Made by a program: the position numbers and the translations under genes. A stretch of DNA of 64,000 nucleotides, taken from a candidate division WOR-3 bacterium (GTDB taxonomy: Bacteria > Hydrothermota > 32-111). The stretch lies in assembly GCA_037481815.1 (NCBI GenBank), contig JBBFKX010000001.1, positions 352,001-416,000 of the forward strand, written 5' to 3'. Shown here in pieces: positions 10,654 through 19,896 of this stretch; position 1 is the first letter of the stretch, and each line of letters begins with the position of its first letter. Below the pieces are notes generated by a model, which saw only the letters and a program-made list of their open reading frames with translations, ran no database searches and had not been told where the DNA came from.

Positions 10654-10713
10654 ATCACCTCCTTGTTAATTTATTTCCAGAATTTTTAAATATCAAAAAT
10701 AGTTTAATAAAAA

Positions 10714-10786
10714 TCGGGGTGACTGGACTTGAACCAGCGACCTCTTGGTCCCGAACCAAGCGCGCTTCCATCTGCGCTACACCCCG
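10714..10786 (-). tRNA. tRNA-Pro (anticodon CGG), CCA not encoded
   Basis: Reverse complement CGGGGTG-TA-GCGC..GCGC-G-CTTGG-TTCGGGA-CCAAG-AGGTC-GCTGG-TTCAAGT-CCAGT-CACCCCG-A folds into a full cloverleaf. Confidence 0.97.
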
Positions 10787-11427
10787 TTTTCAAAAAATCC
10801 ATATTTCCCAAGTAAAGGCACAAATCTACAGTAGTCGTATTTTTCAACCTTTATTTCACCATTTGACTTAATAACTTTTGTTAAGATCTGTAATGATATA
10901 TCTCCAAATGGCAAAACCATTATACCTTTATCTGACAACTGGTCAACAAGGTTTTTTGGTATCTGTGGAGATGCTGCAGTCACAATGATTTTATCAAAAG
11001 GTGAATAATTTGATAAACCGATGGTTCCATCACCTGTAATCAAAAAAACATTTTTTATATCAAGTTTTTTTAAATTTGACTCTGCAAATTTTTTTAATTC
11101 TGGTATCCTTTCGATTGTAAAAACAACTTTTCCAAGTTTTGAAAGTATCGCTGCCTGATAACCTGAGCCTGTTCCAATTTCAAGAATCTTATCACTTTTT
11201 TTCACCTCTAAAAGTTCAGTCATTTTTGCAACGATATAAGGTTGTGAAATCGTCTGTCCAAAACCGATGGGAACAGGAGAATCATCATAAGCAAGGTTAA
11301 CAAGTTCTTTTGGTAAAAAAAATTCTCTTGGTATCTCTTCAAATACCTTTAAAAGTTCTTCGTCCTTTATACCTCTTCTTTTTAACTGTTGTTCTACCAT
11401 CTTTTTACGCAAATCATCAAAAGACAT
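10777..11427 (-). CDS. pcm: Protein-L-isoaspartate O-methyltransferase
   Basis: GQTISQPYIV, LEIGTGSGYQAA, IIVTAA and RFVPL; follows surE. Confidence 0.95.
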   Translation of the reverse strand: MSFDDLRKKMVEQQLKRRGIKDEELLKVFEEIPREFFLPKELVNLAYDDSPVPIGFGQTISQPYIVAKMTELLEVKKSDKILEIGTGSGYQAAILSKLGKVVFTIERIPELKKFAESNLKKLDIKNVFLITGDGTIGLSNYSPFDKIIVTAASPQIPKNLVDQLSDKGIMVLPFGDISLQILTKVIKSNGEIKVEKYDYCRFVPLLGKYGFFENGV

Positions 11428-12166
11428 TTTTCGCTACCTTTTTGATTTTAGCAAGTATTTTAAAATCCGTAAGATCAAATGTAATCGGTGTTATAGAAAC
11501 ATAACCTTTTTCGATCGCCTCAAAATCTGTTCCCTTTTTTATCTTGTATGTAGGTTTCTCTCCACCTATCCAGTAATATTTTTTCCCTCTCGGATCAATT
11601 TTTGTTATGAGTGAGTCAGAATATATCCTGCTTCCAAGTTTTGTTATCTTATAACCTTTTATAGATCTGTTTGGAATATTCACATTCAAAAGCAACCTTT
11701 TTTTCTTACCAACGAGTTTTAAAAGTTCTATTATCTTTGGTATTACATCTTTTGCATAAGCAAAATCAACATTTTCAAATGCAGCCATAGAAAAAGCAAC
11801 AGAGGGTATATTCATCAAAACTCCCTCCATTGCGGCCGCAACAGTTCCAGAGTATATCACATCCTCTCCCATATTCGGTCCATGGTTTATCCCTGAAAAA
11901 ACATAATCAAATTTCTCTTTTATCAATCCATGGGTTGCTATCAGAACACAATCTGTTGGTGTTCCGGTTGTTATATATTCATTTTTACTAATTCTGTTGA
12001 TCCTCAAAGGAATCGTTAAAGTCAAAGAATGACTCGTTGCTGACTGATTCTGGGATGGAGCAACTATATAAACCTGATGTCCAAGAGAGATTAAAATCTC
12101 TTTCAAGGTTTTCAGACCTTCAGCGTAAAAACCATCATCGTTCGATAGAAGAATTTTTAAAGACAT
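11417..12166 (-). CDS. surE: 5'/3'-nucleotidase SurE
   Basis: LSNDDG, GTPTDCV, SGINHGPN and YSGTVAAA; start likely ATG 12166. Confidence 0.95.
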   Translation of the reverse strand: MSLKILLSNDDGFYAEGLKTLKEILISLGHQVYIVAPSQNQSATSHSLTLTIPLRINRISKNEYITTGTPTDCVLIATHGLIKEKFDYVFSGINHGPNMGEDVIYSGTVAAAMEGVLMNIPSVAFSMAAFENVDFAYAKDVIPKIIELLKLVGKKKRLLLNVNIPNRSIKGYKITKLGSRIYSDSLITKIDPRGKKYYWIGGEKPTYKIKKGTDFEAIEKGYVSITPITFDLTDFKILAKIKKVAKNVF

Positions 12167-12819
12167 AACATCTCCAAACACATCCTTATGAATCTTAATG
12201 TATCAAGAATTTTGTTTATTTTTGATTTTTCATCTCCATAAATAGTTTTTATATCAACATAACCTATGTCCATCTTCATCCTGCCAGCCTTTATAAGCAT
12301 CTCCGATTCGATTTGAAACCTCTTGTATTTCAGGTTCAACTTCTTCATCGATTCGACCTTAACCATTCTGAAGCCCGATTGTGAATCGAAAACTCTCTTT
12401 GTAGCAAGAAGAGATGTTACAAGGGTGGTTGTTCTATTTGTAAGATATCTATCAAAAGGCATATTTTGAAAATTCATTTTTCTTTTTCCGATCAACATAT
12501 CATATTTTTCATAATCTTGTTTAAGAAAATTTTTTATATCATCTGGAGAATGTTGATAATCACCATCCATAAGAATAATATACTCCGATTTTCCTAAAGC
12601 GAAATTTATACCATCTATTATCGATTGACCTTTCCCCTGATTCTGAGTATGTCTTATTACATGATCAGCGACCTTTTGAGCTTCCTCAAAAGTTTTATCG
12701 TTTGAACCATCATCCACAACTATAACCTTGAATCCATATTTTTGTTTTATCTCATCGATCAGTTTTCCAATAAATCTTTCCTCATTGCACACGGGAATCA
12801 AAACCATCACTTTTTCCAT
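12157..12819 (-). CDS. Glycosyltransferase family 2 (polyprenol-phosphate mannose synthase-like)
   Basis: VVDDGSND, GKG, MDGDYQH and DSQSGFR motifs. Confidence 0.88.
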   Translation of the reverse strand: MEKVMVLIPVCNEERFIGKLIDEIKQKYGFKVIVVDDGSNDKTFEEAQKVADHVIRHTQNQGKGQSIIDGINFALGKSEYIILMDGDYQHSPDDIKNFLKQDYEKYDMLIGKRKMNFQNMPFDRYLTNRTTTLVTSLLATKRVFDSQSGFRMVKVESMKKLNLKYKRFQIESEMLIKAGRMKMDIGYVDIKTIYGDEKSKINKILDTLRFIRMCLEMLCL

Positions 12820-13378
12820 AAAGACCTCTTTTGTATTCATACATTTTTAAAGCATCTGGAAATAAAAATTTCTCATCCAGATTCCGATCAAAATCTCTTC
12901 CACCCTCACCTACAATAAAGAATTCATTTTTTTTAATAAAACTACTAACCTGCTCACCTGAAAGTTCAAAATTTTTGGATAATCTTTTAAAGTTATTCTT
13001 ATGTAAAAACAAGGAAAGAGAATAAGAATTTTTTCTGATCTTCAGGATTGAAAGTATTCTTTTATCACTTTTGACTGAAAATGATAGCACATCGTGAGGA
13101 TTCAATTTAATGATCTTATTTCCATCATCACCTAACACAAGACCTTTTGCAAATGCTTCACCTATTCTCATACCTGTGAGTTTTCCTACTTCAGAAAGTA
13201 TAACAACATTTTTTAAAATATTGTTTTTAAAAATATTTTTTATATCGTCGTTATCAAAAATTTCAGGAAGTTCGATCAGAAAATCTTTATCTTCGATTTT
13301 TTTAAAAATGTTAATTTCGTCACCAACCAATAATACCGAAAGTTGTGAAGTCACAGATGAAATATAAACATCTAACAT
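12782..13378 (-). CDS. tsaB: Divergent TsaB-like t6A biosynthesis protein
   Basis: GKLTGMRIGEAFAKGL resembles TsaB GSFTGLRIG..AKGL; directly downstream of tsaE. Confidence 0.6.
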   Translation of the reverse strand: MLDVYISSVTSQLSVLLVGDEINIFKKIEDKDFLIELPEIFDNDDIKNIFKNNILKNVVILSEVGKLTGMRIGEAFAKGLVLGDDGNKIIKLNPHDVLSFSVKSDKRILSILKIRKNSYSLSLFLHKNNFKRLSKNFELSGEQVSSFIKKNEFFIVGEGGRDFDRNLDEKFLFPDALKMYEYKRGLYGKSDGFDSRVQ

Positions 13379-13791
13379 ACAACCCTTACCTTTCTTTTTT
13401 CATCCTGTATCTCAAAAAAAATTTTTATCAAATGATAATCAACAAGATCGATATGATCAAGGATTTCAGGCCATTCGATAAAAGTAAAATCTGAATCCTC
13501 AAAAAGATGAAATATGTCAAGTTCAAGAACATAATTTATATTTGTTATGCGATAGAGATCTATATGACTTATCCTGACTTTTTCGTTTTCATATATATGA
13601 ACAATGTTGAAAGTTGGGCTCGAAACATTTTCGATTTTGAAATGTTTGGCGAACATTCTAACCAATTCTGTTTTCCCTGCGCCAAGATTACCGTAGAGAA
13701 GTACCACAGGAGATTTTAAATTCATGTTTAAAATTAAATCAACTATTTCTCTCAACTCATCAACATTTTTTACAAAAAAAATCTTTTCCAT
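13372..13791 (-). CDS. tsaE: tRNA t6A biosynthesis ATPase TsaE
   Basis: GNLGAGKT, VSSPTF, HIDLYR and IEW motifs. Confidence 0.93.
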   Translation of the reverse strand: MEKIFFVKNVDELREIVDLILNMNLKSPVVLLYGNLGAGKTELVRMFAKHFKIENVSSPTFNIVHIYENEKVRISHIDLYRITNINYVLELDIFHLFEDSDFTFIEWPEILDHIDLVDYHLIKIFFEIQDEKRKVRVVC

Positions 13792-14479
13792 ATTCGTTTA
13801 TCGCTTTTAACAAAAAATCTTGATCAAAATTTGCATCTTTAATAAAATCTTTTAAAAGAAATGAGTTACCACCTGTTATCAAAATCTCAGGATCCTTTAA
13901 AACCTTTTTACCAAAACCAATAAAAGTTAATACTCCAGAAAGCCATTGCAAAAAAATTCCGTTCTTTAACGCCTGTTCGGTATTTTTTCCAATTTTTTCA
14001 TCAAAGGTGAAGGTATCGACTTTAAAAAGATTGTCTGTTCTTTTTTCAAGAGCGAATGAAATCGTCTGTAATCCTGCTGAAATGAACCCTCCAAGATGTT
14101 TTCCTTTTTCATCAATAAAATCGTAAGTGTCTGCAGTTCCAAGGTCAAGGATCAACGATGGATAAAACTTACTTTTTATAGCATAATAAACTGAAACGAA
14201 CCTGTCGATACCAATGTTGTCAAAAGAGTAATCGGATTCAAAAAGGTCCTTTTTCTTTTCAAGAAAAATCACATTGAAATCAAATTTTTTTGCAAACGTC
14301 TCTTCAAATAATTTTTTGTTTTTTTTGTTTACAGAGATAGCGTATATTCTCTCAGGAAAAAATTTTAAAATTTTTTCTGAAACTTTCTGGTCAAATGTAT
14401 AAACTTTTTTCACAACACCTTTTGAAAACAAACCAACTTTTATTTTTGAATTTCCAATATCAACAGCAACTGTTTTCAT
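13760..14479 (-). CDS. coaX: Type III pantothenate kinase
   Basis: VDIGNSKIK, GIDR, LDLGTA, HLGGFISAG and ITGG motifs. Confidence 0.9.
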   Translation of the reverse strand: MKTVAVDIGNSKIKVGLFSKGVVKKVYTFDQKVSEKILKFFPERIYAISVNKKNKKLFEETFAKKFDFNVIFLEKKKDLFESDYSFDNIGIDRFVSVYYAIKSKFYPSLILDLGTADTYDFIDEKGKHLGGFISAGLQTISFALEKRTDNLFKVDTFTFDEKIGKNTEQALKNGIFLQWLSGVLTFIGFGKKVLKDPEILITGGNSFLLKDFIKDANFDQDFLLKAINEYGKDFFCKKC

Positions 14480-15222
14480 TTTAACTTTTCCCGTGTGATT
14501 CTATCGAGAATCAAAAAAAGTTTTTTTATTTCCCTATCATCAATACTTTTTGATATCTTATGGATCAATTTTGTATCCCGTCTTACAGATGGTCCTGTTA
14601 TCACATCCTTAATTTTTTTCGAACCGAGTTTTTTTATAAGAGTTTGCAATGCAGGTAAAAAGGGTTTTATTTCAAAGTTTTGAGATGTTGAAATCTGAAA
14701 TAAATTCTCGGAAATCGAAAGAAGTGTGAGTGTATAGTTTAAAGCAAACATCGAAGATAAATGATATTTTTTTCTATCTATATCTTTTAATCTTAAAAGT
14801 TTAATACTGTTTCTCTCACAAAATTCATCAATAAAATTTGACTTTTTATCAGATTCACAGGTAGCATAAATATTTTTGAATATTTCAGGTTTATCATTAT
14901 TCTGAAATGACTGAATCGGATGAAAAATTGACACATTCGATGCTCTCTTCAAAATTTTCCTTGCATGTTTCAACTCATATGAGCCGGAAACAAGTATAAC
15001 CTCTTTATCGAAATCTTTTATGATCTTTAAAACTTCTGTAATCGAATCATCATTCACAGATACCAGAATTATATCGGATGAAAAAAGTTTAGAAAGATTT
15101 AGATTCCTTTTAAATCTCTTATCGTAGATATAAAAAATTCTCTTTCCTTCAAAACATTTCTCATAATTTTTCCTAAAAATTTTTCCAAATCTTCCAAATC
15201 CTATAATAGATAACTTTTCCAT
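14476..15222 (-). CDS. Rossmann-like plus DUF2520 domain oxidoreductase
   Basis: IIGFGRFG, SVNDD, FHPIQSF, KYH and TGPSVRRD motifs. Confidence 0.8.
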   Translation of the reverse strand: MEKLSIIGFGRFGKIFRKNYEKCFEGKRIFYIYDKRFKRNLNLSKLFSSDIILVSVNDDSITEVLKIIKDFDKEVILVSGSYELKHARKILKRASNVSIFHPIQSFQNNDKPEIFKNIYATCESDKKSNFIDEFCERNSIKLLRLKDIDRKKYHLSSMFALNYTLTLLSISENLFQISTSQNFEIKPFLPALQTLIKKLGSKKIKDVITGPSVRRDTKLIHKISKSIDDREIKKLFLILDRITREKLK

Positions 15223-15227
15223 AAAAA

Positions 15228-16454
15228 TTATAAAAAATTAGTTCTGATAAATTTTGAATATCTTTTGGGTATGTAAAATTTTATATTATTTTTAAGATCA
15301 CTTTTCATTTCAACGATTATTCCAAATCTGTTTACATATTTCAGGATTTTTTCCAACATTTCATCATCACAGGAAATTTCAAAATAATCAAGAGAATTAT
15401 AAAACTTTTCGAAAATAACCTTTTTCAACATTTCAAAATTGTCTCCAGTTTTTGCTGAGATAAAAATTGAATTTTTATAAACATCACTATAATAGTTTAT
15501 TCTATTATAATTTAAAAGTAAATCGATTTTATTAAAAACATATACAATTTCCCCTCTGTTCAACTTTAACTGTTCGATCACCTCTGCCATATCTTCAAGA
15601 ACAAGATCTATGAACTGATCTGATATATCGACAACGAAAAGTTTCAAATCTGAGTCCGATGCTTCTTCTATAGTTAATTTAAAAGATTCAATTATCTCAT
15701 GAGGTAAATCACCCAGAAAACCTACAGTATCGGTAACAACTATGAATCTTTCAAGTTTTCTGGTCACTGTATCAAGTGTGGTGAAAAGTTTATCGTCAGT
15801 ATAAAATCTGTTCCTTGTTAACCTGTTCATTATTGTTGTCTTACCTGCATTCGTATATCCAAAAAGTGTAACCTTGAAAAGATTCTTTCTCTTCTCACTT
15901 TTAACTTTAACACTCTTTTGATACTCTTTTATCTTGTTTTTTAAAATTTCGATTCTTTTTTCTATGTACCTTTTCTCAACTTCCAATTTTTTTTCACCAG
16001 GTCCTCTTGTTCCTATTCCACCACCGGTTTGAGACATCGATATTCCTTTCCCGGTCAACCTGGGCAACATATAAATCCATTTTGCGAGTTCACTTTCAAG
16101 TTTTGAAATCGTTGTTTTCGCATTCCTTTCAAAAATTCTTAAAATTAACTCTGTTCTATCGATAACATTCACGTTAAGATATTTTTCTAAATTTCTCTTT
16201 TGCAAAGGTGACAACTCGTTTGAGAATATAACAGAATCAACTTTTAATTTTTCAACCATCTGATGAATTTCATCTACCTTCCCTTTTCCAATATAGAAAG
16301 CAGGGTTTATTTTTTCAATTTTTTGAATCACATCTTCTTTACTGACCATATTTAGAGATAAAGAGAGATCTTTCATCTCAAGTATTGTTTTGTTGATTCT
16401 ATCTTCAGACTCATTTTTAGAAAACGTTCCAACGATAATACAACTACTTTTCAT
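15228..16454 (-). CDS. hflX: GTPase HflX
   Basis: GIGTRGPGE, GYTNAGKTT, LFTTLD, DTVGF, NKID and ISAKTG. Confidence 0.95.
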   Translation of the reverse strand: MKSSCIIVGTFSKNESEDRINKTILEMKDLSLSLNMVSKEDVIQKIEKINPAFYIGKGKVDEIHQMVEKLKVDSVIFSNELSPLQKRNLEKYLNVNVIDRTELILRIFERNAKTTISKLESELAKWIYMLPRLTGKGISMSQTGGGIGTRGPGEKKLEVEKRYIEKRIEILKNKIKEYQKSVKVKSEKRKNLFKVTLFGYTNAGKTTIMNRLTRNRFYTDDKLFTTLDTVTRKLERFIVVTDTVGFLGDLPHEIIESFKLTIEEASDSDLKLFVVDISDQFIDLVLEDMAEVIEQLKLNRGEIVYVFNKIDLLLNYNRINYYSDVYKNSIFISAKTGDNFEMLKKVIFEKFYNSLDYFEISCDDEMLEKILKYVNRFGIIVEMKSDLKNNIKFYIPKRYSKFIRTNFL

Positions 16455-17073
16455 ATCTTTTTGATTTAAAAATTTCTGTCAGATATACTATTAAAAGAAT
16501 CAAAGACGCAATAATAACTCCAATCTTCCCCATAAAAATGAAAATCGAAACTATTACAGAAGCAAGTAGGATACCCAGAGTTATCGCTAAAAGAGATCTT
16601 TTAAAATCGAGATTCAAAATAACCGCAGCAAGTGAACCAGTCCAAGCACCTGTTCCTGGAAGAGGTATACCTACAAAAATTACAAGTCCCCAGAATTCAT
16701 ACTTCTTAATATCTTTAGATTTTTTTTCAGTTCTTTCAATCACCCAATCAAAAAATTTTTTTACAGGTGTAACCTTCTCAAAAACCTTATAAGCACCTTT
16801 CAAGAGTAAAAGAATTGGTATCACGGGAAGAAAATTTCCCAAAAGGGAAAATAAGAGCGCATTGAAATAGTTCATTTTAAAAAGTGTCATCGCTAAAGGC
16901 AGTCCTAACCTCAACTCGAAAACAGGCAACATAGATATAATAACCACTATAAAACTATGTGGAATGTTTTTCTCTTTCATAAAATCTATAATTCTGTTGC
17001 TATTCTCAGCGGAAAATAAAATGGAACAGAAAAACAGGATGATCAGAAAAATAAATATTTTGTTCCTCATCAT
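16444..17073 (-). CDS. COG2426 / small multi-drug export family membrane protein
   Basis: SMLPVFELR.GLP and FVGIPLPGTGAWTG motifs. Confidence 0.85.
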   Translation of the reverse strand: MMRNKIFIFLIILFFCSILFSAENSNRIIDFMKEKNIPHSFIVVIISMLPVFELRLGLPLAMTLFKMNYFNALLFSLLGNFLPVIPILLLLKGAYKVFEKVTPVKKFFDWVIERTEKKSKDIKKYEFWGLVIFVGIPLPGTGAWTGSLAAVILNLDFKRSLLAITLGILLASVIVSIFIFMGKIGVIIASLILLIVYLTEIFKSKRYEK

Positions 17074-17534
17074 TTTTCCTTTAGTAAAACTATTGAAACA
17101 GCACAGATACCTTCTCCTCTACCTGTAAAACCCATATACTCAGTTGTTGTTGCTTTCACTGAAACCTTTTCTTTTTCAATTCCAAGTGTCTGTGCGATCC
17201 TTTCAACCATTTTATCCATATAGTTTAAAAGTTTTGGTTTTTGACATATAATAACCGTATCAAGGTTAATAATTTCAAAACTGAATTTTTCTTTTATCTT
17301 TTCAAGTAAGAGTATAGAATAAATCCCTCGATATTTCTCTTCTGAATCGGGGAAAATCCTTCCAATATCTCCTTTTCCGAGTGCACCTAAAATCGAATCG
17401 ATTACAGCATGTATTAAAACATCAGCATCAGAATGGCCATCAAGTCCCATCTCATAAGGGATCTCAATCCCTCCAAGGATAAGTTTTCTATCCCTGGAAA
17501 ACCTATGAGCATCAATACCTATTCCTACTTTCAT
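17070..17534 (-). CDS. ispF: 2-C-methyl-D-erythritol 2,4-cyclodiphosphate synthase
   Basis: GIDAH, GHSDADV, GDIG and KATTTE..GFTGRGEG. Confidence 0.96.
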   Translation of the reverse strand: MKVGIGIDAHRFSRDRKLILGGIEIPYEMGLDGHSDADVLIHAVIDSILGALGKGDIGRIFPDSEEKYRGIYSILLLEKIKEKFSFEIINLDTVIICQKPKLLNYMDKMVERIAQTLGIEKEKVSVKATTTEYMGFTGRGEGICAVSIVLLKEK

Positions 17535-18231
17535 TTATCCATCCTTTGTAAATTGTTTCAATGATATTTATATCCTGCGGGTTTGTTATCTTCACATTGT
17601 TTCTATCGCCTTCAACAAACTCAACCTCTATTCCTTCCTTAATTAGATATTCTAAATCATCCGTTAAAAAAATTTTGTTTTCTATGTTCCTTTTTAAAAT
17701 CGGAACATATAAACTTTTTTTTACAACCTGTGGTGTCTGAATAAGCATAACTTTGTCTCTATCAAGTGTTCTTACATACCCATCCTCTATGATTCTAACA
17801 GTATCGATCGGTGTTATGTAAGGTGCAATCGGTTTTTTTGATTCTTTGAACTTCTTATAAAGTAAAAATAAAAGTTGTTCACTTAAAAAAGGTCTTGCAC
17901 AGTCATGGATAAAAACAGTTTCATTCGAACTTTTTAAAAGCCCATTTAGAACTGATGCTGGTCTTTCCTCACCACCTTCAACGAGTTTAACATCACTAAA
18001 ATTATAATAATCTAACGATTCTTCGATTTCCTGTTTATCCTCTCTTGAATGAACAAATATTATTTCGACTCTTTCTTTGAATACGGTTTTTATGTTCTTC
18101 AATAAAAAAATAAAAACCGGAGTTTGACCGTTGATCTTGTAAAAAATCTTTTTTTTGTGATGCAAAAATCTCTTCGATTTCCCAGCACCAACTACTACAA
18201 AAGATAAACGATCAATAGATTCTTCTAACAT
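17512..18231 (-). CDS. ispD: 2-C-methyl-D-erythritol 4-phosphate cytidylyltransferase
   Basis: GAGKSKRF, GGEER, IHDCARPF, QTPQ, TDD and NVKIT; next to ispF. Confidence 0.92.
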   Translation of the reverse strand: MLEESIDRLSFVVVGAGKSKRFLHHKKKIFYKINGQTPVFIFLLKNIKTVFKERVEIIFVHSREDKQEIEESLDYYNFSDVKLVEGGEERPASVLNGLLKSSNETVFIHDCARPFLSEQLLFLLYKKFKESKKPIAPYITPIDTVRIIEDGYVRTLDRDKVMLIQTPQVVKKSLYVPILKRNIENKIFLTDDLEYLIKEGIEVEFVEGDRNNVKITNPQDINIIETIYKGWINESRNRY

Positions 18232-18892
18232 ATATTATCCTTTTTTGTGGAGATTCAAAAATACTTTCAACTTCAACATCCAACTCCTCCTCTTCGTTTA
18301 AAGGATATTCACCATCTTTCAAAAATATTATTACTTCTTTTTGATCGATTCTCTTGCAGTAATAACCATCTTCGGTTTTTTCCATCATTTTAACCTTGAA
18401 TCTTAAACCTTTATACTCTTCATCCTTTTTGTTTTCAAAAGATGAAAGATCAATAATTTTAATGTTGAACATCTTCAATAGATTTTTTGGTATCTTTTCT
18501 TCGGTAATTATCAAAATCAAATTATTTTTATATGAATAGGACAATATATCGGAGATTCTGTTATCAACATTTGAATAAAAAATTGTTCCTTTTTTCTTTA
18601 AAAATTGAATCGTTTTTAGGGTGAATTCGTTATAGTTATCAATGTTCTCTTTTGATGGTATAAAAAATTCACCTTCCAAAACATTCGCACTTAAAAGATC
18701 ATAAAGTAATTTGTTGGATAAAGATGAAGATGTAATAAAATACTTTTTATGGTTATTTGTTCTATTTTCTTTTTTCAAAAAAAGATATATTTTAGAAAGA
18801 AAAAGTAATAAGAGTAAAACGGTTGCAAAAATTTCTAAATGGAATATTAAAAGTATTATCGAAACAACAATCAAAAGTAATTCGAAGATCAT
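18212..18892 (-). CDS. Membrane-anchored protein resembling a degenerate PIN/TRAM (YacL-like) protein
   Basis: N-terminal TMs, PIN-like segment ITSSSLSN...LEGEFFIP, beta-rich C-terminus; lies upstream of ispD like yacL. Confidence 0.45.
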   Translation of the reverse strand: MIFELLLIVVSIILLIFHLEIFATVLLLLLFLSKIYLFLKKENRTNNHKKYFITSSSLSNKLLYDLLSANVLEGEFFIPSKENIDNYNEFTLKTIQFLKKKGTIFYSNVDNRISDILSYSYKNNLILIITEEKIPKNLLKMFNIKIIDLSSFENKKDEEYKGLRFKVKMMEKTEDGYYCKRIDQKEVIIFLKDGEYPLNEEEELDVEVESIFESPQKRIIYVRRIY

Positions 18893-19896
18893 CTGATCCT
18901 CTCTAAAATTCTCTCTTCCATCTCTTCAACACTTTTAACGATTTCATCATCTCTTAAAACTTCTCTTGAAATTTTCGAATCAAGAGACAGGATACTTTTG
19001 CAGAATCTCTTATAAAGATGAAGTTTGCCACTTCCTTCTGTTGAATCGAGTTTTGTACTGATACATATATCAGCATCCTTTAAATATTCAGATAAACTTT
19101 CAAATGGTATCTTTTCAAGAAATATGATTCTGTCATTATATTCCTTAAATTTTTTTTTCATATTTCTACTTATTGGAAACGATATTATATAGAAAACTAT
19201 ATCATTCTTTTTATTAGCAATATTTTTTGCGATTTCAAGAAAACTTTTTAAATTTTGAACCTTAGTGTTGATTCCAACCCATACGATTTTAAACAATTTA
19301 TTTTTGTTCTCTTCCTTTATAATTTTTTTATCCTCATCAAAAAAATCATCGTCTATATAAAGTTTATTTTTCTTTTCTGATTTTTTAAAATTAAAATTAG
19401 TGTTGTAGATTATTCCAAAACTCTTTTTCTCAACTATTTTTTCGATAAATCGAATTATAAAAGAGAATGGGGGAAATCGAAAGACAGGATTCGAAGTTAT
19501 CATCTCAGAGTAAAGTGAACCCTGATAATCAAGAATATACTCTTTACCGTATAGAAATTTAACAATCAGGGAGATTATTCCCGCTTCATGTGTGAAAGAC
19601 AGAATATAATCGTATTCTTTCTTTTGTAGCATATTCAAAGTTTTAAAAAACATTTTAACATCAAAAAAAATTTTTAAAGGATGGAACCCAACTGGATCAA
19701 AATCTTTGAAAAATCTGCCGATTCTAAATATTTTAAATCCGTTTATATCTCTTCCATAAGAATATGTGAGTATGTCGATAGTGTTACACTCTTTTTCCAT
19801 ATATTTTAAAATCTTTAAAATCCTTGTATGACAACCACGATCGTTGAAAAATGCTGTTGTACATAAAGCAAGGATATTTTTATTTTTTATCATCAC
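18889..19896 (-). CDS. Glycosyltransferase family 4-like protein
   Basis: DRGCHTRI N-terminus, YLKDADICIS.K.DSTEGSGKL, GT-B organisation. Confidence 0.7.
   Translation of the reverse strand: MMIKNKNILALCTTAFFNDRGCHTRILKILKYMEKECNTIDILTYSYGRDINGFKIFRIGRFFKDFDPVGFHPLKIFFDVKMFFKTLNMLQKKEYDYILSFTHEAGIISLIVKFLYGKEYILDYQGSLYSEMITSNPVFRFPPFSFIIRFIEKIVEKKSFGIIYNTNFNFKKSEKKNKLYIDDDFFDEDKKIIKEENKNKLFKIVWVGINTKVQNLKSFLEIAKNIANKKNDIVFYIISFPISRNMKKKFKEYNDRIIFLEKIPFESLSEYLKDADICISTKLDSTEGSGKLHLYKRFCKSILSLDSKISREVLRDDEIVKSVEEMEERILERIR

Noticed and set aside
10654..10713. tRNA-Pro 3' end as an integration site for the downstream membrane-protein gene
   Set aside because: I found no duplicated tRNA 3' fragment and there is no adjacent integrase.
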